Shown here: in pieces, positions 7,752 to 16,545 of the stretch
Position numbering within the stretch: the stretch's first letter is position 1
Layout of the letters: each line of letters begins with the position of its first letter
From: a virus
Reading direction: 5' to 3' (one strand)
DNA length: 39,123 nucleotides
Virus record (IMG/VR): IMGVR_UViG_3300034069_001319
Coordinates: 1-39,123 of that record
Notes under the pieces: generated by a model
What the model was told of the DNA's origin: nothing
The model's database searches: none
Seen by the model: only the letters and a program-made list of their open reading frames with translations
Translations under genes and position numbers: made by a program

Positions 7752-9823
7752 TACTCACCCCCTTGATAGGTGCCTAGCGGGGAGTAGACATCGACACCCG
7801 CACCAATTAAATCGTTGCGCGCCTTGGTGCCTGCTTTCACCCCTGCAACCGCTTCTTTCAAACTCGGTGTCTGTTTCTTTATGGCGTTTGCCGCGAACAC
7901 GTTGGTGGGTTGCGGGTACCACCTAGCCGGTGTACCGGTTTGTGGGTCCATAAGAGGCGTTTTTATTCCGCGGTCGTTGTAATAATACAAGTAATAAGAC
8001 AGCTGTCCTAAGGGGGCGTTACGAGTAATGTCGTCGGTATCAAACATGATTTTGCGCGCACGACCCTCGATAACATATTCGGGCATTTGGCTCCCAAATA
8101 TATCGGTATCGAGCACGCGTTCATCATCGCGTTTGATGTGTTGTCGTTGTCCGTGGGTCACCGCACTTTTGTAGCCTGCGCCCAGTTGATGGCTGTCTGT
8201 GTTGCCAAATTCACGAGCATTAGAAGCCTGTTCAGGTTTAGCCAAAATTAAGCGCATGCCTTCAGGCAGCAGAGATGTGGCAGAACTTAAATCCTCAAGC
8301 GCAAAAGCGAATTGATTTTTGAGCGCAATGCCATTGCCGTTTTCACCCGGCATCACCCGATTGGGCGGCAATTCAATCCAAGGGCCGTCTGTGTTGATAG
8401 GGTTGGGTCCAAAGGTTTGCCCGAGCTGGGAGGCAACCGCATTAAGGGCTGTTTGCTCATCAACCCCATGGCCTGCAACCATTTTCTGGAACATGTCCAG
8501 CGCGCGATATTTTAAGTTTGGAGGCAATTGTGTAGCGCGGTCCGAATTAAACTTCCACCAGGTGGCCGGCATGCCCATCGATTCGGCCAATTTGTTTTCA
8601 AAGTTTGTGCCTAGATAGGCTTTATTGTTTTGTATCTCGCGCAGCCGTCCGTCATAAACTGCCTTATGTTCTGGCTGACTGACTTTATTGGCATATTCCA
8701 TGGCAGCGGCCGGTCCCAAAGAAGGGGATTGTGTGAAGTGTTCGAGACCCAGAGACAAGCGGTCAACAACTTTGCTATTTAAAGTGGCTAGAGCTTGCGG
8801 CGCACCTGTGTCTGGGTCGCGTAAACCTTTGTAGACTTCAAGCCAGGGGGCGGCCTCTTCTGGCTTGCCATAAAGGATGGCTTGCGTCATTTGAAAATTC
8901 ATACGCGAATTAGGTGTCTTGTATTGATTGACTAATTGCGCATATTGAAAGGGTGTTGGCGGTGCGCCATTATTGCCATTGACTATTTGCGCCTCTTTGT
9001 CATCATAGAAAGCATCAATATCGTTCCTGGAGTATTCTTGGTCTAAAGGTATGCCGCGTCGGTTTAATTCTTCCATACCAGCAAAATTATTGCCTTGTTT
9101 AACCAGGCTTTGACTTTGTTTAATCAACTGTTCTTTTTGACTGTGTATCAATTCTTTGTCAAATTTACCATCAATCAAATCTGCATGAACTTGATTGGGG
9201 TTAGAGCGCAATAAACCCTGCAATTGGGCCACGCGCACATCGCTTTTAAATTGTAGAACGGCTTCTTGCTTTTGATTTTCAGTCAAGACACCACTGCTCA
9301 AAATGGCTGAGATGCCTTGCGCTTGTGTGGTGTTAAAAAGCTCCGGATTGGTTTCGGTGGTATTTTGTAAAATGTTTAGCGTATTGCGCGTCTGAATGGC
9401 CGCATGCCCAATTTGCGCATTGCGCTCAATTTGCAAGCCTTCGGCTAACATTCTTCCGCGTTCTGCCGTAAACACGTCATTAAGGTGGGCACGGGCCACT
9501 TTATTTTGCGTGTTGTCTAAATAGGTTTGATGAATGGCACGCAGGCCCTCATCCAGTTTGGTTCTGTATTGCGGATTACTGGGGTCGATATTGAGCGCCA
9601 AATCATTTTGCAACTCGCTTGCGGCATTAAGCGCACCGGCTCGCGATTCGGCAACCTGTGCTTTGGCTTGTTCTAGTTCAAGCTTGTGACCAAATTGACT
9701 GGCGGCAGCCCCTAAGCCACTCAGAGCTTTAGGCCCGGCATTTAAGGCGTCAGGATTGAGGGTTTGTGCCCCAGTACTGTTTGATAATTGCGTATGCGCG
9801 CCTTCATGCCGTTGTATAGCCAT
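7751..9823 (-). CDS. Internal virion protein (T7 gp15-position, 690 aa)
   Basis: Synteny and size. The stop/start junction with the downstream gene overlaps as TAATG. Confidence 0.55.
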   Translation of the reverse strand: MAIQRHEGAHTQLSNSTGAQTLNPDALNAGPKALSGLGAAASQFGHKLELEQAKAQVAESRAGALNAASELQNDLALNIDPSNPQYRTKLDEGLRAIHQTYLDNTQNKVARAHLNDVFTAERGRMLAEGLQIERNAQIGHAAIQTRNTLNILQNTTETNPELFNTTQAQGISAILSSGVLTENQKQEAVLQFKSDVRVAQLQGLLRSNPNQVHADLIDGKFDKELIHSQKEQLIKQSQSLVKQGNNFAGMEELNRRGIPLDQEYSRNDIDAFYDDKEAQIVNGNNGAPPTPFQYAQLVNQYKTPNSRMNFQMTQAILYGKPEEAAPWLEVYKGLRDPDTGAPQALATLNSKVVDRLSLGLEHFTQSPSLGPAAAMEYANKVSQPEHKAVYDGRLREIQNNKAYLGTNFENKLAESMGMPATWWKFNSDRATQLPPNLKYRALDMFQKMVAGHGVDEQTALNAVASQLGQTFGPNPINTDGPWIELPPNRVMPGENGNGIALKNQFAFALEDLSSATSLLPEGMRLILAKPEQASNAREFGNTDSHQLGAGYKSAVTHGQRQHIKRDDERVLDTDIFGSQMPEYVIEGRARKIMFDTDDITRNAPLGQLSYYLYYYNDRGIKTPLMDPQTGTPARWYPQPTNVFAANAIKKQTPSLKEAVAGVKAGTKARNDLIGAGVDVYSPLGTYQGGE

Positions 9824-9832
9824 AAAATCCCT

Positions 9833-10315
9833 TTATAGTACGGTGCTTGTGCCCGAGTTTAAGCCGCCCGTTAGATTATTTAGGCCCACGCCTAGATTGC
9901 CTAAACCGGTCAGCAGACCACCCCCGGCATTTAAGACACCACCAATACGAGCATTTTTGCCTTGACGCCTGGAAGTCTTAGCGGCTTGCGCCATATTAGC
10001 GCTTTGAAGGTCGGCTTGATATTGCAACATTTGATTTTCCAAACTGCCCATACGTGCGGTTTCTTCCATCAACAAAAGCGGGCTTCCGGCAATATCAAAA
10101 CCTGATTTGGCAATCTGTGCGCGTTGCATCCCGAGCAGGCGATTGGTGCGCTCGGTGTTCTGCTCTATTGAGAATTGAGCTGCTCTCTGGCCTTGTTTGG
10201 CCTCATTGCGCGCCAATTGCGCATTGTAATTGTGTATGCCTCGTTGTCCTTCACCTTGGGCGAGTGCGCCGCCAACCGATGCAAGACTGCCTGCCATCAT
10301 CATCATTTCAGCCAT
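9833..10315 (-). CDS. Small internal virion protein (T7 gp14-position, about 160 aa), Gly/Leu-rich C-terminus
   Basis: I chose the ATG at 10315 (MAEMMMMAGS...), which has a GAGGA RBS 7 nt upstream and lies 4 nt after the upstream stop. The C-terminus is GGVLNAGGGLLTGLGNLGVGLNNLTGGL. Confidence 0.55.
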   Translation of the reverse strand: MAEMMMMAGSLASVGGALAQGEGQRGIHNYNAQLARNEAKQGQRAAQFSIEQNTERTNRLLGMQRAQIAKSGFDIAGSPLLLMEETARMGSLENQMLQYQADLQSANMAQAAKTSRRQGKNARIGGVLNAGGGLLTGLGNLGVGLNNLTGGLNSGTSTVL

Positions 10316-10745
10316 TGTAAATCCTCGCATAGCGTATATGATTACGCCCTAAAACATCGTATTGGCTCATTACACCTTCGGGCTTGAAACCTAAAAACTC
10401 CACAAACTTTTGACCCGTCTTAAAACCCTCTAGCACACTGGTTTGCACCCGGTGCTCGGTGGCATCTTCCAGTATGGCCTCAAGCGCTCGAACGACCAAT
10501 TTTGAACCCTTTTTTATGTCAGGGGTTACCAGCATCCAGGCTTCACTGACGCCCGTCCAGAGAGGGAGCAAACCCCAGCAAGCCAAAGCTCGATTGTGTA
10601 GGCACAAGGTCTGGGCAATGCGGCAATTGGTTTCTAGCAGGGCGCCATAACGGTAATCCAGCGCCCCCATGGTTTCGGCTTGAAAAGGGCTTAGTGTCAA
10701 ATCTACGGCGTGCGATGCCTTGAAGGTCTTAATCTTAAGTGTCAC
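10308..10745 (-). CDS. T7 gp13-position protein with a GNAT-acetyltransferase-like C-terminal signature (145 aa)
   Basis: It lies between the nozzle and core genes. The stretch ...HRVQTSVLEGFKTGQKFVEFLGFKPEGVMSQYDVLGRNHIRYARI resembles the GNAT beta-alpha-beta end pattern (N..a..f.e.lGF..EG). The start is GTG and overlaps the upstream gene by 11 nt, so it is uncertain. Confidence 0.4.
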   Translation of the reverse strand: MTLKIKTFKASHAVDLTLSPFQAETMGALDYRYGALLETNCRIAQTLCLHNRALACWGLLPLWTGVSEAWMLVTPDIKKGSKLVVRALEAILEDATEHRVQTSVLEGFKTGQKFVEFLGFKPEGVMSQYDVLGRNHIRYARIYNG

Positions 10746-12960
10746 TAATTTGTACCTTGCTCATCACAGACAAACAACTGAAAGGCAATGGACCGCTTAT
10801 CTCGAAAGAAACTTGGCGTATTCGGTCAAAACCTGCGGCCGTTTTGAATGTTTGCAAGCCTGAGAACAGTTCTTGAGCGGTGTCATAGTGAGTGAGGTTG
10901 GACCGAAGGGCAAAGCTGCTGCTTAAGTTCTGACCACGTACTTTACACTGCGCTAAGCTTGCTTCAATCAAATGTAAATTAAGCTCTGTGATGCGGCCAA
11001 ATTGGCCTTCGCTTGAGCCCAGTGCACTACCTGCCTCCCAATCAAGGGTTGCTAATTGTCCTTTATAAGGCAGCCCCAGCGTAATCTTGTAAGCCGCACG
11101 TTCTAAAGTAATACTGCCTTGATTTATGGTGTACTGGCCCAAGTCCGCGCCATCAGCCAAAACTTGCACGCTTACACCTTCCAGAAACTCTAAGTTGTTG
11201 ATTTGTGTTTGAGCAAGCCCCCAAGTATTGGGCGCAAGTTCAAGCCGTTTGGGCTTGCCAGTTACAATCACCTCGCTATCTGAAACAATATTTGTGATGG
11301 TCAAAAAATTGTCATCAGGCCGCAAAAACCCTTTTTTATTAGTTTGTAGAATTTGTATCAAATCACCGACTTTAGCATCTAAAAAAACAGGCGTAGGGGC
11401 AAGCGCCGTGAAGCCTAAATAGGTGTCACTGAGAGGTGTGAGTATCAAATTCGCGTTTTGTATGCGGTCAATTTTAGTTGCGCAATCTAATTGCACAGCA
11501 TCAAACATGTCATTGCGTAAAAAAAACGGGCTTAAACGCTCAATGGTTTGAATAGGCGTGCCGTGCAAGGTGCGTGTCACACAAAGCCAAAGTTGCGATT
11601 CGGCCCCGTTTTGAATGGTTGTAATGCTGTTTACAACACCGCCCACATCATGCCGATGCCAGGCACAGGTTGCTTGGTCTTTCTGATAAGTTAAACCAAT
11701 GAGTACCCCATCAACACGCAAACACCAAAGAATTTCATAGGGGAGAGTTTGCACGCAGAGTTGTTTGATGCCAGGGCCTGTGATGTGCTCGCTCAAAAGT
11801 GACAGTTCTTGCGATTCAAAACCGTCTTGGTCGAAACTATAGGCAATCTCACGTATTTTGCGCGCGCCTAATTGCACGGCAATAATGGATTTGTTCATAA
11901 CCACAGGCACAATAGGCTCAAAACCGTAGGCGATTTCTTCAACCGTACGCGCAGTTTCGGACGAGAGGGCTATATCTCTGAAATTAGAACTGGATACCGG
12001 CCACACGGCATTACTGGTGCCTGCAATCAAAACTTTGTGCGGTAGCAACCACTGAATGGCATTGTAAGAGCGACTGAGAAGCGGCAAGGCAAGCGCATCC
12101 CCAAAGTTCGCACCCGTGGCGAAGTTAAAATAATCACCAACCACTGAGCCGTAAATGGTCTGTGGTGCCGCAAGCGCGCCTGCATAAAACAGACGGTCCT
12201 CATAAAAACACAAAGTACTGGGATAACCGCTGGTGTCTGAGAAGACGCCTAATTGCCAATCAGTGGTTGTATTGGTGGGAAGCGTGTTACGAGCTGTGAT
12301 GTTTACACTTGTTGGGCTTGTAAAAGCTGTAATTACGCCATCACCGACTTGAGTGCCGGATGTCAATCTGAAAGCACGGCCTACATCAGTGGCTGCAAAC
12401 AGAGGGGCTGACGCAGTTAAAGTGATATTGGCGCCTGTGGCACTTGATGCCTGCAAAGTAATGGGACCCAGATTTACGTCTAACAAAGGCGCAAACGTAA
12501 AGGTGATAGGCTCCCAAACCCAATTGGTGTCGCTAAAGTGTGAAAGCTTCTGCGGGTTGTGATTGGCATGCGCAAAGAAGAGAACGTCATTGCTTTGGAT
12601 GAATTGCACAAACGGCAATTCCAGCTCGGTATAAGGGTGGCTTACCTCATAAATCGCCCCTTGATTTTCCAAAAAGCCATCTTGATTGAAGAAGCGTATA
12701 TAAAGAGGGCCCATCTCAAGCACGAAAGCAGTTTTGGCATTGAGCTGAAAAGGTATGAGGCGCACATTTGGATTTAAGGCTTTGGTTATCCCCTGATAAA
12801 GGGTGCCGGGTCGATAAGTAAAACCACCTAAAGGGAATACAACAATGTTCAACATGGTGGCCACACCATTGCGCAAACGATCGAAGTTTTTTTGCGCACT
12901 CACAAGCGGTGAGACTTCACCTGTACTGAAAGAGTTTTGAAAATAATTTTGTCGGGCCAT
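10735..12960 (-). CDS. Tail tubular protein B / nozzle (T7 gp12-like, about 741 aa)
   Basis: Size and position after the gp11-like gene. The N-terminus is FSTGEVSPLVSAQKNFDRLRNGVATMLNIVVFPLGGFTYRPGT. The ATG at 12960 overlaps the upstream TGA as TGATG. Confidence 0.65.
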   Translation of the reverse strand: MARQNYFQNSFSTGEVSPLVSAQKNFDRLRNGVATMLNIVVFPLGGFTYRPGTLYQGITKALNPNVRLIPFQLNAKTAFVLEMGPLYIRFFNQDGFLENQGAIYEVSHPYTELELPFVQFIQSNDVLFFAHANHNPQKLSHFSDTNWVWEPITFTFAPLLDVNLGPITLQASSATGANITLTASAPLFAATDVGRAFRLTSGTQVGDGVITAFTSPTSVNITARNTLPTNTTTDWQLGVFSDTSGYPSTLCFYEDRLFYAGALAAPQTIYGSVVGDYFNFATGANFGDALALPLLSRSYNAIQWLLPHKVLIAGTSNAVWPVSSSNFRDIALSSETARTVEEIAYGFEPIVPVVMNKSIIAVQLGARKIREIAYSFDQDGFESQELSLLSEHITGPGIKQLCVQTLPYEILWCLRVDGVLIGLTYQKDQATCAWHRHDVGGVVNSITTIQNGAESQLWLCVTRTLHGTPIQTIERLSPFFLRNDMFDAVQLDCATKIDRIQNANLILTPLSDTYLGFTALAPTPVFLDAKVGDLIQILQTNKKGFLRPDDNFLTITNIVSDSEVIVTGKPKRLELAPNTWGLAQTQINNLEFLEGVSVQVLADGADLGQYTINQGSITLERAAYKITLGLPYKGQLATLDWEAGSALGSSEGQFGRITELNLHLIEASLAQCKVRGQNLSSSFALRSNLTHYDTAQELFSGLQTFKTAAGFDRIRQVSFEISGPLPFSCLSVMSKVQISDT

Positions 12961-13616
12961 CAAATGCCCTCGATATATCCGCCGTCAAGGCGGCTAAAAA
13001 ATAAATCATCAGCATTGATGAATGGGCGTGTGCCATTGTCTTGGCTGTCAATGCGCTTAGCATCTCTAAGCAAAATTTCGAATTCTTGTTTTAAAGCTTG
13101 GCCCTTAGATTCCGCGCCACTGACCAAATATGCCGTTTGTGCGCCTATGAGGTGGGCTAGACAATCTAAGAATAATGGATCGAAAAGATTTGGATTATGC
13201 ACATCCGCTACATATTTAATGCGCACGTGATAAGCATTGCAAATAAGGTTGTTATGTTCAAGCTCATAAGGAATGCGGTAAGGATAAACAATATGAATCA
13301 AACGGATAAAGTCGGCTGGCAAAGCAAATTTACGCCGGGTGTAAGGGGGTCTGGTGTCATCAATAAAACGACTCGGGCCAAAAAGAGCGTGCCTTCGACT
13401 GGTGCCATTGGGTATATGATGCCCGTCAAATAAAGGCTCAATTTGATTGGTGAGGCTTGCAAAATGCCAATTGTGCAGGCGCAACAATTTGAGCCTGGAG
13501 GGCTCATAAATGGTATTTAACGCCTGCGCAATCGGGGATTCCTCATCATCTAAATCCACGGGGGCAACCCCAATCTTCAAAAGGGCGAGATTACAAATAT
13601 CGGCTTTTGAACTCAT
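12960..13616 (-). CDS. Tail tubular protein A / adaptor (T7 gp11-like, 218 aa)
   Basis: The N-terminus ADICNLALLKIGVAPVDLDDEESPIAQALNTIYEPSRLKLLRLHNWHFA parallels my recollection of T7 gp11 ([42 protein letters not shown]). Confidence 0.7.
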   Translation of the reverse strand: MSSKADICNLALLKIGVAPVDLDDEESPIAQALNTIYEPSRLKLLRLHNWHFASLTNQIEPLFDGHHIPNGTSRRHALFGPSRFIDDTRPPYTRRKFALPADFIRLIHIVYPYRIPYELEHNNLICNAYHVRIKYVADVHNPNLFDPLFLDCLAHLIGAQTAYLVSGAESKGQALKQEFEILLRDAKRIDSQDNGTRPFINADDLFFSRLDGGYIEGI

Positions 13617-13633
13617 AAAGTGCCCCCAGAGGT

Positions 13634-14221
13634 TTAAGTGTTGATGATGGTGAGGGGGAACGATACTTGGTCAGGGGCAACGGTCATGGTGCCTGCAGTA
13701 ATCTGCAAGGCAATGACCATAGTTCCACCTGGGTTTTCAGTTAAACCCGCATCCTGCCAAACAAAGTTGTTGATGGCGCCGGGTGCACGGTTTAAAAATG
13801 CCAATTCCACAGGGCTTGTGTGCGCGGCATCGATATCGGTGTCGGCAGCGGCATAAGCGGTTGCATTAGCAATGGTTCCAGGACCTGGGTTTACGGTGCC
13901 TGAAATTGGGTTTTTTGGGCTGACATCGCCATACAAAACACCCACATTGAAAGCAAGACCGGATGCGCCTGTAAGTGTTTGATCGAGCAAACCAATAGAA
14001 CGCACTTTATCCACGGTTTTCACAACAGCCAATTCTACAAAATCACCGGTAGCATAAGTCACAGGGGCAGGCGTCACCCCTTTGGGGTATGAGCCGCTAG
14101 CGTTTAAAGTGACATTAAATGATGTCAACTTACCATAACCTTCACTGGGTGAATTGCGTCGCGTGCGCCCTTGCGCATCAGGATAGACATTAGCAAGTTG
14201 GTCTGAATAATGAGTAGCCAT
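13634..14221 (-). CDS. Possible capsid decoration/cement or minor head protein (195 aa)
   Basis: Assigned on position only, directly downstream of the major capsid gene. The sequence is beta-rich. Confidence 0.35.
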   Translation of the reverse strand: MATHYSDQLANVYPDAQGRTRRNSPSEGYGKLTSFNVTLNASGSYPKGVTPAPVTYATGDFVELAVVKTVDKVRSIGLLDQTLTGASGLAFNVGVLYGDVSPKNPISGTVNPGPGTIANATAYAAADTDIDAAHTSPVELAFLNRAPGAINNFVWQDAGLTENPGGTMVIALQITAGTMTVAPDQVSFPLTIINT

Positions 14222-14235
14222 ATTTATCTCCTAAA

Positions 14236-15144
14236 TTAGACGGCGCAAGAAGCCACAACAACGGCGGACTCTTGTGTACGGCAAGCTTGAGCAATGCTCA
14301 TATCGCCATAAACCTGAATGCTGTAATGCTTAGTTGGCAGCTCACTGATGCGCGTTGACACATCTTTGCGAACACCAAACAGTACCCGGGGTTTTGAGTA
14401 GAAAATCACCTGTTCATTGCCCTGGGCATCACGCGGAATTTGCTCGGTCACGACTAATTTACAGCCAGACCAATTACTGATTTTGCCTTCATAAGCGCCT
14501 CTGACAATGTTGTAATTGGCGTCGGCCACATTTTTTTCCTGAATCAAATGAAACATTTGGTTGCTTGATAACAAGCAAATGCGCTCTTCGGTCATAGGTA
14601 CAAATGCTTGATTCAATAAGTTACAAGCTTGTGAAATTTTAGCGGTGCTCAAAGGCTGTGCGCCGGTGGTGCCACTGGTTGTGAAATTCACATCGATAAA
14701 TTGCGAAGCAGGCAATGTTAGCGGGGTGGCGCCATCGGGTCCGACGAAGTTTGTGCCCAATAAACCGCCGATAATTGACTGGTCAATTTTTAATTGCAAA
14801 CCATCGACCACGGCTTTTACATAACTTTGTTGGTAATCTGACAAACTACGCCATTGATCTTCGCGATCGAGCAAAATGCTTACGAAAGCATCGCGATTTT
14901 GAATGCGACGTTTAGTGAATTCAGGTTCTTGATAGGTGGTATCTGCGTGACGGATATCTTTCCACTCGCCAACGACTGAACCCATTTGGTTCCATTCGTA
15001 TTGTCCAAGGGTTAAAGGCACTTCGGTTACACACTGACGCAAAAGCGAGCCTTGCTGACGCAATAACTCTTGAATGTGTGTATTGAATTGGATTTGGAAC
15101 GCGGTCGTTAAAATAGGCAGGTTTTGATAGCCAACTTGTGACAT
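14236..15144 (-). CDS. Major capsid protein (302 aa from ATG 15144)
   Basis: Position after the scaffold gene, and size. The ATG at 15144 (MSQVGYQNLPILTT...) has a GGAG RBS 9 nt upstream. The longer ORF start at 15201 has none. Confidence 0.75.
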   Translation of the reverse strand: MSQVGYQNLPILTTAFQIQFNTHIQELLRQQGSLLRQCVTEVPLTLGQYEWNQMGSVVGEWKDIRHADTTYQEPEFTKRRIQNRDAFVSILLDREDQWRSLSDYQQSYVKAVVDGLQLKIDQSIIGGLLGTNFVGPDGATPLTLPASQFIDVNFTTSGTTGAQPLSTAKISQACNLLNQAFVPMTEERICLLSSNQMFHLIQEKNVADANYNIVRGAYEGKISNWSGCKLVVTEQIPRDAQGNEQVIFYSKPRVLFGVRKDVSTRISELPTKHYSIQVYGDMSIAQACRTQESAVVVASCAV

Positions 15145-15154
15145 GTTGCATACT

Positions 15155-15185
15155 CCGAAAAAGTTAAATCCATATAGTTTTTCGG
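15155..15185 (-). promoter_or_regulatory. Stem-loop in the capsid-gene leader that partly covers the RBS
   Basis: CCGAAAAA (15155-15162) pairs with TTTTTCGG (15178-15185): 8 bp with a 15-nt loop. In the mRNA the 3' arm ends in the GG of the GGAG Shine-Dalgarno sequence. Confidence 0.45.
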
Positions 15186-15273
15186 CAGCTTCTCTGGTCA
15201 CCCAGGACGGCCATCACGCGTAACGTGCGCTCCTCGGCCTGATTAACAGGCTTTTATCAATTGCAGGGGAAAA

Positions 15274-15444
15274 CTATCCCTTGTCTGCTGAGTTCTTAAC
15301 GGGTGTTTTAGGGGCTTTTGCTTGACCTAAAAAGACAACCCATTCAGTTAATGCTTGCGCGAAGCTCAAAGTGTCTGTTTTAGTCAGTCTTTGGCTGCCC
15401 GCAATCTTTAAACATTCTAGCGCAATTTCTTGATTTGTGTTCAT
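15274..15444 (-). CDS. Small ORF (56 aa) translationally coupled to the scaffold gene
   Basis: My translation is MNTNQEIALECLKIAGSQRLTKTDTLSFAQALTEWVVFLGQAKAPKTPVKNSADKG. Its ATG overlaps the scaffold TGA as ATGA. It falls below the ORF-track length cutoff. Confidence 0.4.
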   Translation of the reverse strand: MNTNQEIALECLKIAGSQRLTKTDTLSFAQALTEWVVFLGQAKAPKTPVKNSADKG

Positions 15445-16295
15445 TTAGGTTCCGCAAGCATATGCGCTTGCATCCATTGTTCTTTAAATTGTTTGTCATT
15501 GCCCATTTTTGTTAAAAATTCAGGGTCACGACGCATATTTTCAATAGTAATTTTAGCTTCACTTGGCGTTGTGCCCCAAGACTTAGAGGATGACAAAGCA
15601 ACGCCTCTATCCTCGGCGGACAGCTCGGCCATTTTGCCCAAAAACTGAATGAATTTAGGGCTCATGGAAAGGTCACTGTTAGACAATTCAGACAACACGT
15701 CCTCACCGCCTTGCTCGCGAAGGAAGTTTACAATGCCTTGCATGCGGGCGGGTTTGGCTGTGCCATAAACCTTATCGAGCTCGGCTTGTCCTGCTTGTAA
15801 CTTTGCATCGCGCTCACGAGCAATGGTTTCGCGTTGCGTATTGATAAGTTCGGCATATTTGCCATAAAGCGCTTGCGCATCTTTCTGCGGAATGTTGACG
15901 TCACTCATCGTTTTGCGAAACCAAGACTCATCTAAGCCTTCGGTGCTGATGTCTTCACTTAACATTAACTTGTAGGCATCGGGCGAGGATGGCACATTGA
16001 GTTTGGTGCGATAAGTTTCCAACTGCTCAGGGGTAAAATCTTCTAAGCGTTTACCAATAAGCGAGCGTTGATTTTCATAGGATTTTATAAACGCATCGGC
16101 TGATGAAAATTCTTTTAAATAGGCCTTGGCTCGATTTTCTACACTGAAAGCATTTTTCCAAGAATCATCATTAGTGGGTGCAAGACCGGGCTTTGATTCA
16201 TCAGTCGTGCTTAACAGACCTAGGCTTGGGGTATTGACGGGGCTTGAGTTTTCCGATGGTGTCTGTGTCTCTGTGGCGCTGGTATCTTCACTCAC
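15441..16295 (-). CDS. Scaffolding protein (284 aa)
   Basis: Acidic, helical, coiled-coil-like, and located between the portal and capsid genes. Confidence 0.65.
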   Translation of the reverse strand: MSEDTSATETQTPSENSSPVNTPSLGLLSTTDESKPGLAPTNDDSWKNAFSVENRAKAYLKEFSSADAFIKSYENQRSLIGKRLEDFTPEQLETYRTKLNVPSSPDAYKLMLSEDISTEGLDESWFRKTMSDVNIPQKDAQALYGKYAELINTQRETIARERDAKLQAGQAELDKVYGTAKPARMQGIVNFLREQGGEDVLSELSNSDLSMSPKFIQFLGKMAELSAEDRGVALSSSKSWGTTPSEAKITIENMRRDPEFLTKMGNDKQFKEQWMQAHMLAEPK

Positions 16296-16543
16296 TGTGA
16301 GTCATCCTCAAGGGTTGTGTAGGGATTTGCGAGCTTACGTTCATCACTGTTCACAAGGCGCTCAAGCTCTAAATAAACAAAACGCATGCCTTCATTGAAG
16401 GCCGATGCATGCGAATCACCAACTACATAAGTATGCTGGTCGCCATAACAAAAAGTCTTTAAATAATCAAAGAGTATTTGCCCAGGTGGTGTGGCTTTAA
16501 AATCTTTTAAAGCGTGAATAAGTTGTATTGGTTTTCCTTGCAA
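16292..16543 (-). CDS. Hypothetical protein (83 aa) between portal and scaffold
   Basis: Tightly packed ORF with a 4-nt overlap with the scaffold start. Confidence 0.5.
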   Translation of the reverse strand: MQGKPIQLIHALKDFKATPPGQILFDYLKTFCYGDQHTYVVGDSHASAFNEGMRFVYLELERLVNSDERKLANPYTTLEDDSQ

Positions 16544-16545
16544 AT

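Noticed and set aside
15145-15201. Longer start for the major capsid ORF (MTREAAEKLYGF...)
   Set aside because: The internal ATG at 15144 has a GGAG RBS at ideal spacing. The extension lies in the structured leader.
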